Positions 1-10,878 of a stretch of 64,000 bases of DNA are shown here, piece after piece. Source of the stretch: Hyaloraphidium curvatum SAG 235-1 (lineage: Eukaryota > Fungi > Monoblepharomycota); the NCBI GenBank assembly GCA_025558095.1, contig JAIVFI010000001.1, positions 434,001 to 498,000 on the forward strand. The letters run 5' to 3'. The notes under the pieces were generated by a model that was not told the DNA's origin, made no database searches, and saw only the letters and a program-made list of their open reading frames with translations. The position numbers were made by a program, and so were the translations under genes. Every line of letters begins with the position of its first letter. Position 1 is the first letter of the stretch.

Positions 1-1138
1 GGTGTTCCCTGCAGCAGTACCTTGCCGACCTGCACGCCGTGCAGCCCAGCCAGGGCAGCGCACCGGGAGGCGGCCCCGCGAGGCAGAAGGAGCACAGCCG
101 CGCGGCGCGGAGGTACCTCCGCTCGATCGATGGCATGCATCCCGCCAGCCTGCCAAGCGCGCGCTGGCCGTCCGAGAGGGCGCGCTGCAGCGCGGCTTCC
201 TTGCTCATGGGCAGGCCGGGCAGGCCGGGTTGCAGCCCTGGGGACGTGCAGGCCGGCACGGCGAAGACGCCCACGGCGGCGACCACCGGGAACGCCCCCC
301 CGGGGTTCAGCTCCGTCGAGGGGTACGCCGCCTCCCGCGCCAGGAAATGCCAGCATTCCCCGCCGCAGTGGTAGCAGCGGAGGTCGCGCCGCCGCAGGAG
401 CTCGTCAACGCCCCAGATGTCCACCTGCTCCGATGAAGCTTCGAGGGCGAAGGACTCGACGGCGAGGGTCCCCGATCCGGCTTGCGCGGCGATTTCGTCC
501 GGAACGGCATGAACGAGCACGTAGTCCGACAGCGTTGCGGGGGCCGCGTCCGCCGAGGGACCCAGGTCGAGGAAGCGCACGAAGCAGAGCGCAATGGGGC
601 CGGGGCCGCGGGCGGTGACCTCGGCGGCAAAGAACCCGAGCGACGCGTCCTCGTCGTTGATCGTGAGCACGTCGTCGTTACATATCGCCGCCCTGTTCGC
701 GTGGTCGAGGGACGACGTGTCGAGCGGTGTCCCGTAGTCGCTTTTCTGGACGTCGAAGAACGCCTCGGCCTTTGCGGCGAACGCATCGCCGATGGCGCGC
801 TCGCAGTCCTCCCGCTGGCAGTCAGGCGCCGCCAGCGCCAGCACGACGTGCGGCGCGCCCTCCCCGGCGCCCCTGACGTCCAGCGCCAGGATCGCCGCCA
901 CGGCCCCGCAGCGCGCGCACGGCACGGCGGCGCCGCGGAGGGCGGCGGGCAGCTCGCACTCGAACGCGGCCGCCGCCACGGCGCGCGTCCACGCGGCGTC
1001 GCCTTCGGGCGCCGCGGGCACGAAGCGGTCCGCGGAGAACGCGAGCTCGTCGGCGGCCCCGCAAAGGTCCGCCATGCGCGAGAAGCACCGCATCGCAAGC
1101 AGCACGGTGCCGCTCGGCGGCAGCTCGGGCGCGGACAT
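1..1138 (-). CDS. MYND zinc-finger protein (paralog of 1799-3076); 3' end runs off the window
   Basis: ATG at 1138 gives MSAPELPPSGTV..., colinear with the neighbouring paralog (ELAFSADR, CQREDCERAIGDAF, GPIALCFVRFLDLGPSA). It ends in LCSFC...CTACRSARYCCREH at the window edge. Absent from the ORF track because there is no stop codon inside the window. Confidence 0.85.
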   Translation of the reverse strand, partial: MSAPELPPSGTVLLAMRCFSRMADLCGAADELAFSADRFVPAAPEGDAAWTRAVAAAAFECELPAALRGAAVPCARCGAVAAILALDVRGAGEGAPHVVLALAAPDCQREDCERAIGDAFAAKAEAFFDVQKSDYGTPLDTSSLDHANRAAICNDDVLTINDEDASLGFFAAEVTARGPGPIALCFVRFLDLGPSADAAPATLSDYVLVHAVPDEIAAQAGSGTLAVESFALEASSEQVDIWGVDELLRRRDLRCYHCGGECWHFLAREAAYPSTELNPGGAFPVVAAVGVFAVPACTSPGLQPGLPGLPMSKEAALQRALSDGQRALGRLAGCMPSIERRYLRAARLCSFCLAGPPPGALPWLGCTACRSARYCCREH

Positions 1139-1560
1139 GCTGCTCAGAATGTTTTGCTTTGGCGCGGCGGCGGATTGCGAGTCTAGCGGCAATGTGGCTG
1201 GGTGGCTGTGCTCGCCGAGAAGCCGCCGAGATCTTGCGATTTTGCGCAAACCACTCAAACCAGCGACTCGCTGCAGATGCCCGGAGCCCGCACGACGGCG
1301 AGCTTCCACAGGGGCCCCCCTCTAGACCGCATTCTCCCCCTCCGCGCCCCCACGCCCTACAGCTTTCGTCAGGATTCGGGTGTCAGCTTTCTCCGCTCAG
1401 TTTCCACCGCGACAGGCCGACTTGCACGCCAAAGCAGACCGGGTCGCTGCGGAAGCCCGCGGAAGCCCGGCGGAGGAATTCCGGCGCAGCTGCGCTCCCG
1501 CGTCTCCGTTCAACGGGCCGAACGCGATCCAGGTTGATGGCAGGGATTCGGTCGGCTCCA

Positions 1561-1748
1561 TGCACGGGCCGTACTCTTGCGGCGGGGTTGCGGAGGTGCT
1601 CGGGGGCGAGATCTGGGAGAAGTTGGCGCGGCGCGCCGTGATCGGCAACGGGGTCACGGGGTTCGTGCCGATGGTATTCTGCGGGACCGTGAAGTTGGCC
1701 GTGTGGACGGTGGACGGCATGCTCAGGGTCGTGGGCCTTCATCTTTAG
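1561..1748 (+). pseudogene. Orphan inverted copy of the FMO 3' end (parent at 8537-8725)
   Basis: HGPYSCGGVAEVLGGEIWEKLARRAVIGNGVTGFVPMVFCGTVKLAVWTVDGMLRVVGLHL* matches the FMO C-terminus QGPYAYGGAAEVMRGEIWETVTRRGVIGNVVMGFVPMVFYGTVNLAVWTVDSLLRVVGFHL*. No upstream FMO sequence is present. Confidence 0.9.
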
Positions 1749-1798
1749 GCTCTCGGCCCCTTGGCTCGCACTTCTCTGCCACAGAGGGACAGTGGGCA

Positions 1799-3076
1799 TC
1801 AGCTCTCTCCCATCATCCACCGCCTGAACCCTTCCCTGTCCCTCGGAGGCTCCGGCGCCTCGCCCCCGCATGCCGGCTTGTGCCTGTCCCAATCTCGTTC
1901 CTGGTGTTCCCTGCAGCAGTACTTTGCCGACCTGCACGCCGTACACCCCGGCCAAGGCTGCGATCCGGCCGGCGGGCCCGCGAGGCAGCCCGGGAACGCA
2001 CACAGCCCGGCGTCGCGGAGGTGCCGTTGTTCAATGAGCGGGATGCAGCCCGCTAGCTTGCCGAGCGCGCGCTGGCCATCCACGAGGGCACGCTGCAGGG
2101 CGGCTTCCTTGCCCTCCGGCAAATCAGGCAAGCCGGGTTGCAAATCGGGGGAGGCGCAGACGAACGCGGCAAAGACGCCGACGGCAGCGACCACCGGGAA
2201 GGCGCCCTCGGGGTGCAGCTCCCGCACGGGGTAGGCAGCCTGCCTGGAGAGAAAGTACTCACAGGCCCCGCCGCAGTGGTGGCACCGCAGATCGCGGTGC
2301 TGGAGGAGCTCGGCGACGCCCCAGCGGTCCACCTGCTTCGAGGCCGATTCCAGGGCGAAGGATTCGGTCGCGAGGGTGTCCGATCCCGCATGGGCGGCGA
2401 TTTCCTCCGGGACGGCCTGCACGAGCACGTAGTCCGACAGCGTGGTGCGAGATGCCTCGGCGGAAGGTCCAAGGTCCAAGAATCGGACGAAGCAGAGGGC
2501 AATGGGGCCCGGGCCGCCGGCGGTGATCTTGGCGGCAAAGACGCCGAACGACGAGGCGTCCGAGTCGCTGGTCGTGATCACGTCGTTGTCGCCCAGCGAC
2601 GCCAAGTGGGCCGCCCGGCTCGCATGGTCCAGGGACGAGACGTCGAAAGGTGGCATGCCGTCGGCGACCGGAACGTCGAAAAACGCCTGGGCCTTGGCCG
2701 CGAACGCATCGCCGATGGCGCGCTCGCAGTCTTCCCGCTGGCAGTTGGGCGCGGCAAGCGCCAAAATGGCGTGCAGAGGGCCGTCCTCGCCCTCGCCGAC
2801 GCGACGCGCCTGGAGCATCAAAAGCGACGCTGCCCGACCGCATCGCGCACACGGCATCAAATCGTCACGGAATTCGTCCGGCAGGTCGCATTCAAAGGCG
2901 TCCATCGCGACGGCCTGCATCCACGCGGCCTCGCCGGCGGGGCCGGAGTTGGCGGGCACGAGGCGGTCCGCCGAGAAGGCGAGCTCGTCGCCGCCGCCGC
3001 GCCGGCCCGCGATGCGCGAGTAGCCGCGTATGGCCAGTCGCACCGTGCCGCTCGGCGGCCGCTGGTGCGCAAACAT
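1799..3076 (-). CDS. MYND zinc-finger protein
   Basis: Single ORF with C-terminal CAFPGC...CTACRSAKYCCREHQERDWDRHKPAC (MYND). The start MFAHQRPPSGTV was chosen by alignment to the paralog. Confidence 0.85.
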   Translation of the reverse strand: MFAHQRPPSGTVRLAIRGYSRIAGRRGGGDELAFSADRLVPANSGPAGEAAWMQAVAMDAFECDLPDEFRDDLMPCARCGRAASLLMLQARRVGEGEDGPLHAILALAAPNCQREDCERAIGDAFAAKAQAFFDVPVADGMPPFDVSSLDHASRAAHLASLGDNDVITTSDSDASSFGVFAAKITAGGPGPIALCFVRFLDLGPSAEASRTTLSDYVLVQAVPEEIAAHAGSDTLATESFALESASKQVDRWGVAELLQHRDLRCHHCGGACEYFLSRQAAYPVRELHPEGAFPVVAAVGVFAAFVCASPDLQPGLPDLPEGKEAALQRALVDGQRALGKLAGCIPLIEQRHLRDAGLCAFPGCLAGPPAGSQPWPGCTACRSAKYCCREHQERDWDRHKPACGGEAPEPPRDREGFRRWMMGES

Positions 3077-3302
3077 GCTTCGGGGTGCGTTGTTGGTATT
3101 GGGTCCACGGGTCCCGACGATCTTCCGCCTGCCCTGCGAACACAGCAGGCCATTCTGCCTGTGTTCTATGGAGAAGTCGATGATTGGTAATGGAGACATG
3201 CTCAATGGCAAGGCCGTGACGAGAGGAAGCGCCGGGAGGCGATTTTGGCTTGGGTCGCACCCCGCGCCACGGGGTAGATCAGCTTACGCTACCACGGCCA
3301 AA

Positions 3303-4853
3303 TCACCCCAAGCACACGCTCTCGACCGTGACCTGCACCCCCAGGTTCCTCATCAGCCCGTACGCCGCGAACCCGACCGTCAGCACGGCCACCAGCAGCG
3401 CGCGCACGCTCCCGTAGCGCACCTCGAACCCCAGGAACGTGGCGCGCTCCGCGTCCGCGGCGGCGAACGCCTCGAGCGCCTCGGCGTGCGCGCGGATCCG
3501 GGGGGCATCTTCGGCATCGGTGAGCAGCGTGCGGAGCCGCGTGCGGGCGTCGGAGGAGGCGATCGAGGCGTCGCGAAGCTCCGCGTTGGAGGCGGCGACG
3601 GCGAGGAGCTCGGTGAAGAGGGTGAAGGTGCCGTAGAGGAGCCAGCACAGCGGCCAGAGCGGGATGCAGGCGCCCGTGGCGGCGTACACGAGGATGGAGA
3701 AGAGGGTGTAGGGGAAGATGATGAGGAAGGCGGTCAGGCGGAAGCCGGACTGGATGCCGAGGCGCCAGCGCGAGGAAAGGGCTTGGTAGAGGATCCGGTA
3801 GTCGGAGGTCCGGTGGGATGCGCCGTTGCTTGTTCCGGTCGGCGAGTGGGTTGGTGATGTCCTCCGTTCGGCGGCCGTCCGAAGTTGCCCCTCGCAGCGG
3901 AGCACGAGGTCGGCGAGTGCCAGGCGGAGGGCGCGGCGACGGAGACGGGACGTCAACATGAGCAGGGGTATGTTGGCGGGGATGAGGGAGATGATCTCGC
4001 CGTGGAAGTACGCCATCAAGATGAGGAACACGGTCCCGATCGCTGCCCACGCCGGCGAGGCCCAGAACGCGATCCCCAGGCTGACCATGGGCGTCCAAAC
4101 CGAGACAAACCATTGGAACAGTCCCAGCAGCAAGCGGAAGACTATCTCGAACGATCGATAGGCCACCGCTTTGTCCAGCAGCGATCCCCCACAAGACGGT
4201 CGAGAGCATGTGCACTGCTTGTCGTGATCCGCGTGCGCGACCAATTCCGACGCCCCGGCGACGACCAGATCGGCATAGAACGCGGCACCGGCGTAGCGCG
4301 CCGCCTGCTTGTCGGCGAGGAAGCGCGCCCGTGCGGCAAGGGCGACCTTGCCCGGGTCGCTGCCGCCCCAGTGTGGGAAGCTGCGGTGGCCGAAAAGCAG
4401 GCGTGACAGGCAGACGAGGCAATAGTAACCGGCGATGAGAGCCACGGAGACCGCCATCTGCTTTGTGGAATGCGTGGGGCCTCCAAACTGGAATACCGAG
4501 CAGGCGATTGCAATCAGTAGCGCGGCCGGGACGGCCGGGCGCCAGCTCATGTCGAGGTTGACGAACTGGAGCAGCAGCTGGGCGCGCAGCAGGCCGCGCA
4601 GCCGCGGGAATGGCTCCAGCGAACGGAGCACGGCGTCGGCCGACGGCGCAAAGGTCTCGGGGGCGCCGTCCGGCTTCGGCGGGAGCAGCGCGTCGGCGGC
4701 GTCGCCGATCCCGTCGGGAAAGAGCGCCTGCCACTCGGCCGCGCTGTACGGGAACTGTGCCGCGGCGGACGGCGTGGGCTCCACCTCGAGCGTCTCCCGC
4801 GGTGCTTGAGCATCGAGAACCCCCTCAACCGGGCCTTCGTGCCCGGGATGCAT
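3303..4853 (-). CDS. Seven-TM membrane protein, GRL/DUF3537 (7TMIC)-like candidate
   Basis: Intronless ORF from MHPGHEG with about seven hydrophobic segments. C-terminus RIRAHAEALEAF...RATFLGFEVRYGSVRALLVAVLTVGFAAYGLMRN. The gene call is well supported; the family call is tentative. Confidence 0.7.
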   Translation of the reverse strand: MHPGHEGPVEGVLDAQAPRETLEVEPTPSAAAQFPYSAAEWQALFPDGIGDAADALLPPKPDGAPETFAPSADAVLRSLEPFPRLRGLLRAQLLLQFVNLDMSWRPAVPAALLIAIACSVFQFGGPTHSTKQMAVSVALIAGYYCLVCLSRLLFGHRSFPHWGGSDPGKVALAARARFLADKQAARYAGAAFYADLVVAGASELVAHADHDKQCTCSRPSCGGSLLDKAVAYRSFEIVFRLLLGLFQWFVSVWTPMVSLGIAFWASPAWAAIGTVFLILMAYFHGEIISLIPANIPLLMLTSRLRRRALRLALADLVLRCEGQLRTAAERRTSPTHSPTGTSNGASHRTSDYRILYQALSSRWRLGIQSGFRLTAFLIIFPYTLFSILVYAATGACIPLWPLCWLLYGTFTLFTELLAVAASNAELRDASIASSDARTRLRTLLTDAEDAPRIRAHAEALEAFAAADAERATFLGFEVRYGSVRALLVAVLTVGFAAYGLMRNLGVQVTVESVCLG

Positions 4854-5393
4854 CGCCACGATCACCAGCAACGCGGTGCTCTTCGATTGAGGCGTTGCCG
4901 GCAACCTGCTTTGAGACGCGTGCCAGACGCGGGGAGGTCGCGGCTCCTGTGATGGTCGCGTCGCACGTTGCTTCTTCTTCGGGCGCCCAATCACCGCCCC
5001 ATAGCGCCGTTCAACGCGTCTCAGCCTTCGCTTCCCGCGATGGAGGGCGGCACGCCGCGCGGCGGCCACCGCGGGCGCGGGCGGCGCGGCGGGCGAGGCG
5101 GCGGCGGCGGCGGCGACTCGCTCGTCGTCACGACGTCGCTCGACGGGCAGCGGCAGCCGCGGCAGGTCACCGTGGCCGGCGGGAGGCGCGGGCGCGGGGC
5201 CGGCCAGCGCAGCGACTCGCCGCTCACCCCCCGGCTGGAGCAGCACGTCGAGTTCCGCGGTGGGCACCGCACGCACCCGTAGTCTGCCCCTTCTAACTCC
5301 ATCTGCATTCCGCCCATTTTACCTGCAATCTATCTATGATCTCCATCATTCCTTCCTCTCGATGGATGCCGCGATTCCCGCGATTTCGGCCGC

Positions 5394-8098
5394 ATGGGTT
5401 GCCCAGACACCAATTTCCAGCAGCCGCCGCAACAGCAGCAGCAGCAGGGCGGCCCGCGCCAGTCGGTCTTTGCGCGGCTGGGCCCGCGCCGCACCGACTC
5501 GGTCATGAGCGGCGGCGTCGACGACGGCCCGATGTCGCCCGACGGCCCGCTGCCCGACTCGAGGCGCAGGCGCCGCTCGCCCTCGCCCTACGGCGCCGGG
5601 GAGCCCGCGAAAAGGCCTCGCTACAGCCCGCCGCCCAACGATCGCTACGTGGAGCCGATGCAGGGTGGCATGGGAGGCGGCGGCGGCCGGATGCAGGGCA
5701 GGCGCTCGCCCTCTCTATCCAGCCTGCCTTCGGCCTACGACTCCGGCACCCCCATCTACCGCGGCCCCCCGGGCCCCAGCGTCGTGGACTCCCGGATGGA
5801 CGGCCGCCGCGGCCGCGAGTTTTCTCCGCGCCTGCACACCCCGCCCGGCCTGCCGCCGACCCCGATCGACGCCGGCCTGGGCCTGGACCTCCCCGAGGAC
5901 GACATGTACCGCATGCCCGCCCCGCGCGGGGGCGGCGGCCGGCAGCCGGACCGCTACAATGACTACGACCAGGACCGCGCGTGGGCGCAGCCCCAGCCGC
6001 GGTACGACGACCCGCGCGACTACGACCGCGGCATGCCGGCCGACCGCGGGATGCCTGCCGACCGCGGGCCGGACCGCGGGCGGCAGCAGGACCGCGGCCA
6101 CCCGCAGCCCAAGCAGCAGCCCATGCGGATCGACGTGGCCACCCTGCGGCAGCAGCGCCAGGCTTCCCCCGACCGCATGCCGGACCGCCGCGCGTCGCTG
6201 GACCGCGCCGAGTACCGCGACCCGGCCCCCCGACCGCGCTCGCCGTACGCCGAGCCCCGGGCCGCGGCGAGGCAGAGGGAGCCGCCACCGCTGCCGCCGC
6301 ACTGGATGGCGTACGACGACGAGAAGAGCGGGAACAAGTACTACCACAACCAGGTCACGGGCGAGACCACCTGGGACAGGCCCGCCGCGCCGGCGCCCGC
6401 GCCGTCGCCCAAGCGGCCGCCGCCGGTGCAGGACAGGGTGCCGGTGCACGACAGGATGCCGCAGGACAGGATGCCGCAGGACAGGCTGGACCGCATCCCC
6501 GAGCGCACGCCGGACCGCCTCCCCGAGCGGTTCCCCGACCGCGGGCAGGACCGGCTCTCGGACCGCCGACCGCAGAACAACGACCGCTTCGCCGAGCGCC
6601 CGTTCGACAGGCCGCAGGACCGCGGACCCGCGCGGCCGACGCAGCCCGCGGACCGGTACGACGCGCGGCAGCCGTACGATCCGCGCGACAGCCGCGGGGG
6701 ATACGACGCCCGGGGCCCCGCCGAGCCGGACCGGTACGAGCCCCGCCAGGCGGACCGGTACGAACCCCGCGGCGGGCAGTCCTACGATGCGCGGCCGGCG
6801 GGGTACGATCAGCCCCGAGGAGGGTACCAGGGCGACCGCGGGTACGACCGCGGCGGGCAGCAGGGGTACGGGTACGAGCCGCGGCCGGCCATCTCGCTGG
6901 CCGAGCTGCGTGCGGGCCACGACCATTACGTGGATACCGGGGAGGAGGGGGAGATCGTGGAGCGGCCGAGGAGGGGGGACGATGGACGGCAGCAGGCGGC
7001 GGTGAGGAGGGCACCGCTGCCGCCGCAGCAGGTGCCGAGCAACTGGAGGGTGGGAGGGCCGGCGACGCCCGTGACGCCGACCGTGGGGCGGGGGCAGCAG
7101 GCGCAGGGGCAGGGGCCGCAGCAGCAGCAAGGACAGGGCCGGTTCCAGGGCGGCCAGCCGCAGCAGCAACAGCAGCAGCAGGTGCGCGGGCAGAACCAGC
7201 AGCAGCAGGGCAGGCAGCGCGAGCGCGGCCAGGACGGGAGGGGCCAGCAGGCACAGGGACAGGGGCAGGGCCGGTTCCAGCAGCAACAACAGCAGCAGCG
7301 CGGCGACGGGCGCAACCAGCGGCGCGGCGCCAACAACCAGGTTCAGAAGCCCCGCGACGCCCGCGACGCCCGCGATGTTCGAGATGCCGAGATGCGCGCC
7401 GCGCAGGCTCAGCCCGCGGCCGACAAGGAGGCCGAGGTCGCGCAGGCCGCCGACGAGGCGACGGCCGAGGAGCCCGAGCAGCTCTACGACGAAGCCCTGG
7501 CCTCGCAGGACCCGCGCGAGCTGCTCAGCCAGATGCTCGCGGAGCAGGACCCCGCGCTGCGCCCGCCGACGCTGCGGCAGCGCCTTCGGGCGATGGCGCC
7601 GCTGCTTCCGCGCGGCTCGGCAGTGCTGCGCGCCATCAAGCGGATTGGCGTGCTCAGGGACGAGCAGAGGGGCGCCGAGCGGGTGATGGTGCTCGATGCG
7701 AACACGGAGTGGGACCTGCGCAGGCGGATCGCGGGGTCGAGGCGGCTCGGGAGGGTCGAGTTCACGGGCATGGTGGGTTGTCGTGCGTGCTTGCTTTGCT
7801 CGTTTTCCGCTGCTGACGAATGTGCCGGCGTCCGAAGTCCCCGGCCTGGTCGGTGCTGATCGAGGACGCCATCGAGCCGCCCAAGGTGCCGCCCGAGATC
7901 TCGGACGCGCTCAAGGAGGAGGTCCGCCGCGTGGTCGAGAGCGTGCCGGCGGGGTACTACGTCATGCCCGGGACCGGGTGGATCGCGCGCAGGCTGCACG
8001 CGCCGGCGGCGGCGGGCGGGGAGGCGATGGATGCCGAGCCGGAGCCGGCGGCGGAAGCGAGCGCGGAGGGACCGGTGGCGATGGAAGTGTCGGCGTGA
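5394..8098 (+). CDS. Low-complexity (RD/RG/Q-rich) protein with a WW domain
   Basis: WW motif LPPHWMAYDDEKSGNKYYHNQVTGETTWDRP at ~6290-6385; EEGEI motif; poly-Q tracts; intron at ~7773-7838 leading to the last exon SPAWSVLIEDAIEPP...MEVSA*. Confidence 0.8.
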
Positions 8099-8536
8099 TG
8101 AAATAGGGACCAGTGCGACCAAAGCCTGGTGTGGCTGGACCGCAATGCCCAATACCTTCCTTTGAAACTCTGGCCATATTGAGACTCATGTGAAAAGGTT
8201 AGTTACGTCGGGAGCGATACTCATGAGAGGCCTATCTGTCACGACTCAGTCCCATAGTGACGGATGTTCTCAGCCAGCTCCCGCGCCGCCCCACACAAAC
8301 CGTCGCGGAGCTTAAGCCACGATTGGAGGTTCTGAATGGCCTCGCTGCAGGCACGGATCGCGGGACCGTACTCCGCGTCCAGCCTCGAAAGGCGGTAGCT
8401 TTCAGCCGCGTTCGACTCCGGTACTCCTTTGGACGACGCCAAATTGCTGCTGAAGCCAGCAGGATCTTGACGCAATCATTGCGTGCGCAGGTTACGGTGG
8501 AGTAGACGCATTGCAGATTGTCGCCAAAATGACAGA

Positions 8537-10505
8537 CTACAAGTGAAATCCCACGACCCTGAGCAAGCTGTCCACCGTCCACACGGCCAGGTTCACGGTC
8601 CCGTAGAAGACCATCGGCACGAACCCCATGACCACGTTCCCGATCACCCCGCGCCGCGTCACCGTCTCCCAGATCTCGCCGCGCATCACCTCCGCCGCCC
8701 CGCCGTACGCGTACGGTCCCTGCAGCCGGAAGCACGTGTTGAACGAGGCCGCGAAGGCGTAGATCTTGAGCAGGTCCGGGTCGTCGCGGAACACCTTGGC
8801 GGGGGGGTACACCGACGGCGCGCCGCCGACGTCCTTGGCCAGGGCGTAGGCATAGGACGAGTGGTCGACTCCGTACTTGATCCGCTTCTCTTCCCGCCCG
8901 AGGAGATGCCAATGCGGGTGCTCTTCGCGCACGTCACCCGTATTGAGGTTCCCCAGGATCAGCTGGAGCCACCACTGCGCCTGCATCTCGGCCAGCGGCG
9001 GGATCGCGCCGACGTTGGGCCTCACGAACCCGATGAAGCCGATCGACTCGTGTCCCTCCTTCACGATGTCCTTCAGGTCCGCCTCGGCCGGCCGCGGCAG
9101 GTCCGGCGCGAGGAACCCGTACTCCTGCCTGTACCCCGTCGCGAGCACCACGATGTCAGGGCGGAAGGGGCCGGCCTCCCTGGCCATCTCCGCCTCGGGG
9201 GTGCCGTTGTCGATGAAGTGCACGGCGCCGTCCGCATCGACGCGGCTGATCCACGGGCGCAGGTGGATGACCTTGCCCCCGGTGTCGGGCTCGATCACAC
9301 GGGCGAAGCGCTCCCACCAGTAGTGCTTCTTGAAGCCGGTGTTGATGTAAGGAAGGCTCTTTGTCGATTTGTCTGGATCGCGAAAGGATGAGATTCCGAA
9401 CGAGCGAGGCAACGAAGATGCTCACTGAGGAAGTTGTACGCCCGCCCGATCCGCTTCGCGGGCGCGAACCACTGGTTGGCCCCGACGCCCGTGCCCGTGA
9501 GCACCGTGAGGAGGCCGCGGACAAAGACGTCCGAAAAGTGCCACCTGAAGCGCCTGTCCTTCAGGAACTGGTGCACGTACGCGGACTGGAGGGCGGCAGG
9601 CGCGGTCAGGTCCATCCTCGACAACTCGGACGGCGACCGACCTCGTGGAGGTTGGAAATCAGAGTATCGATGGGCAGCTCGGCGTCGAAGCGGTGCCCAA
9701 AGACCTCGAAATCGTTGAACCGCTTCGGAAAGGAAAGGAACCCGTTCCTGTGGCAGACCACGACCTCCTTTGCCGGCGCGTGCACGGCATCGTGGCCAAC
9801 GTCCGACGACGTCTCTCCAAGGCCGCAGATGAGGACGTTCTTCCCCGCGAGCACGGCCTTGCTCTTGTACGCCGACGAGTGGAGCACTTCGATCCCGTTT
9901 GCGGCAAAGTTCTCGAAGCCGGCGATGTCGGGGAAGTTTGGAATGACGTGCAGCCCGGAACACACGGCGACAAAGTCGCACTCGAGCGACTCCGTGCCCG
10001 TCCCGGGGGCTTCCGTGCCTCCGATGGCCTTGAAGCCCTCGCCCGCTGTGCCCGGGGCCGTGTGGGTCCAGGTGACGGTGTAGCGGGCCGGCTTCTCCAA
10101 GGTCCTGACGACCGAGACCACGCGCGAGTTGAAGGAGATGTGGGGCAGGACGCCAAAGTGCTGCGCGTAGTCCTTCAGGTAGCGGACGTAGTCCTCGAGC
10201 ATGACGTGGTCCCGCGACGAGCATGCCGGCGAGTAGTACTCGTCCGTGAGCCGGAGGTCAGAGAACGCTGCGTGGAAGCGAGCAGAGCTCAGGTCGGGCG
10301 GAAGTCGCGCCCCAGGCGCGGTGAACGTACCTGTTAGTTGTCGCGAAGACACGAGCTCCGAGCCCTCGTAGGCCCGCCAGCGGAAGGTCCCGCCCAGCTC
10401 GTCCTCGGCCTCGAGGACTTTGACCTCGAACCCGAGCTCCAGCGCATATTTCGCGGTCACGAGGCCTGCCGGTCCCGCGCCGACGATGGCGATTTTCTTG
10501 GCCAT
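8537..10505 (-). CDS. Flavin-containing monooxygenase (FMO)
   Basis: MAKKIAIVGAGPAG (FAD GxGxxG), LGGTF, FMO fingerprint FAANGIEVLHSSAYK, second Rossmann motif ICGLGETSSDV, and ATGY. Three short introns (~10270-10330, ~9590-9640, ~9380-9430). Confidence 0.92.
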
Positions 10506-10878
10506 CGGCGCGGTCGACGTCCTCGGCGGCGCGGGAATCGCGTCGCAAGGGGCGGAACAGGGGAAATCCGGGGGCAAAGACGCGGTAGGAGGGGCTTTTT
10601 CGGCGGGGACGAGGGCGGACGAGTTCGGGGCTCTCGAAGTGGCGTCGGCTCCCCGAAGCACAGCCTCACTCTCGGATGCTGCCCCGCTCCTAAAGCCAGC
10701 GCGCCAGCCTCAAGTTCGACAGACTTCACACAGCTGGTCTTGCGCTATCTGCGGCTCCCTCCATCCACTACGGCGCGTCGAGCTGGAACAGGGAGGACGA
10801 GGTCGGGTTCTGCAGGGATAACGTCGCGATCAAGATGTGATAACGAGGGAGGGTGACTAGAGCGGTGCCCCGTCTTCA

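Noticed and set aside
4854-5276. N-terminal extension of the 7TM ORF to 5276
   Set aside because: Low-complexity, non-ATG start; the ATG at 4853 is more plausible.
5503-7816. Long overlapping ORFs on both strands over the WW gene
   Set aside because: These are GC-rich shadow frames with R/P/A/G-biased translations and no motifs. The same applies to most ORF-track entries, e.g. 16840-18411, 55456-57237 and 60217-61686.
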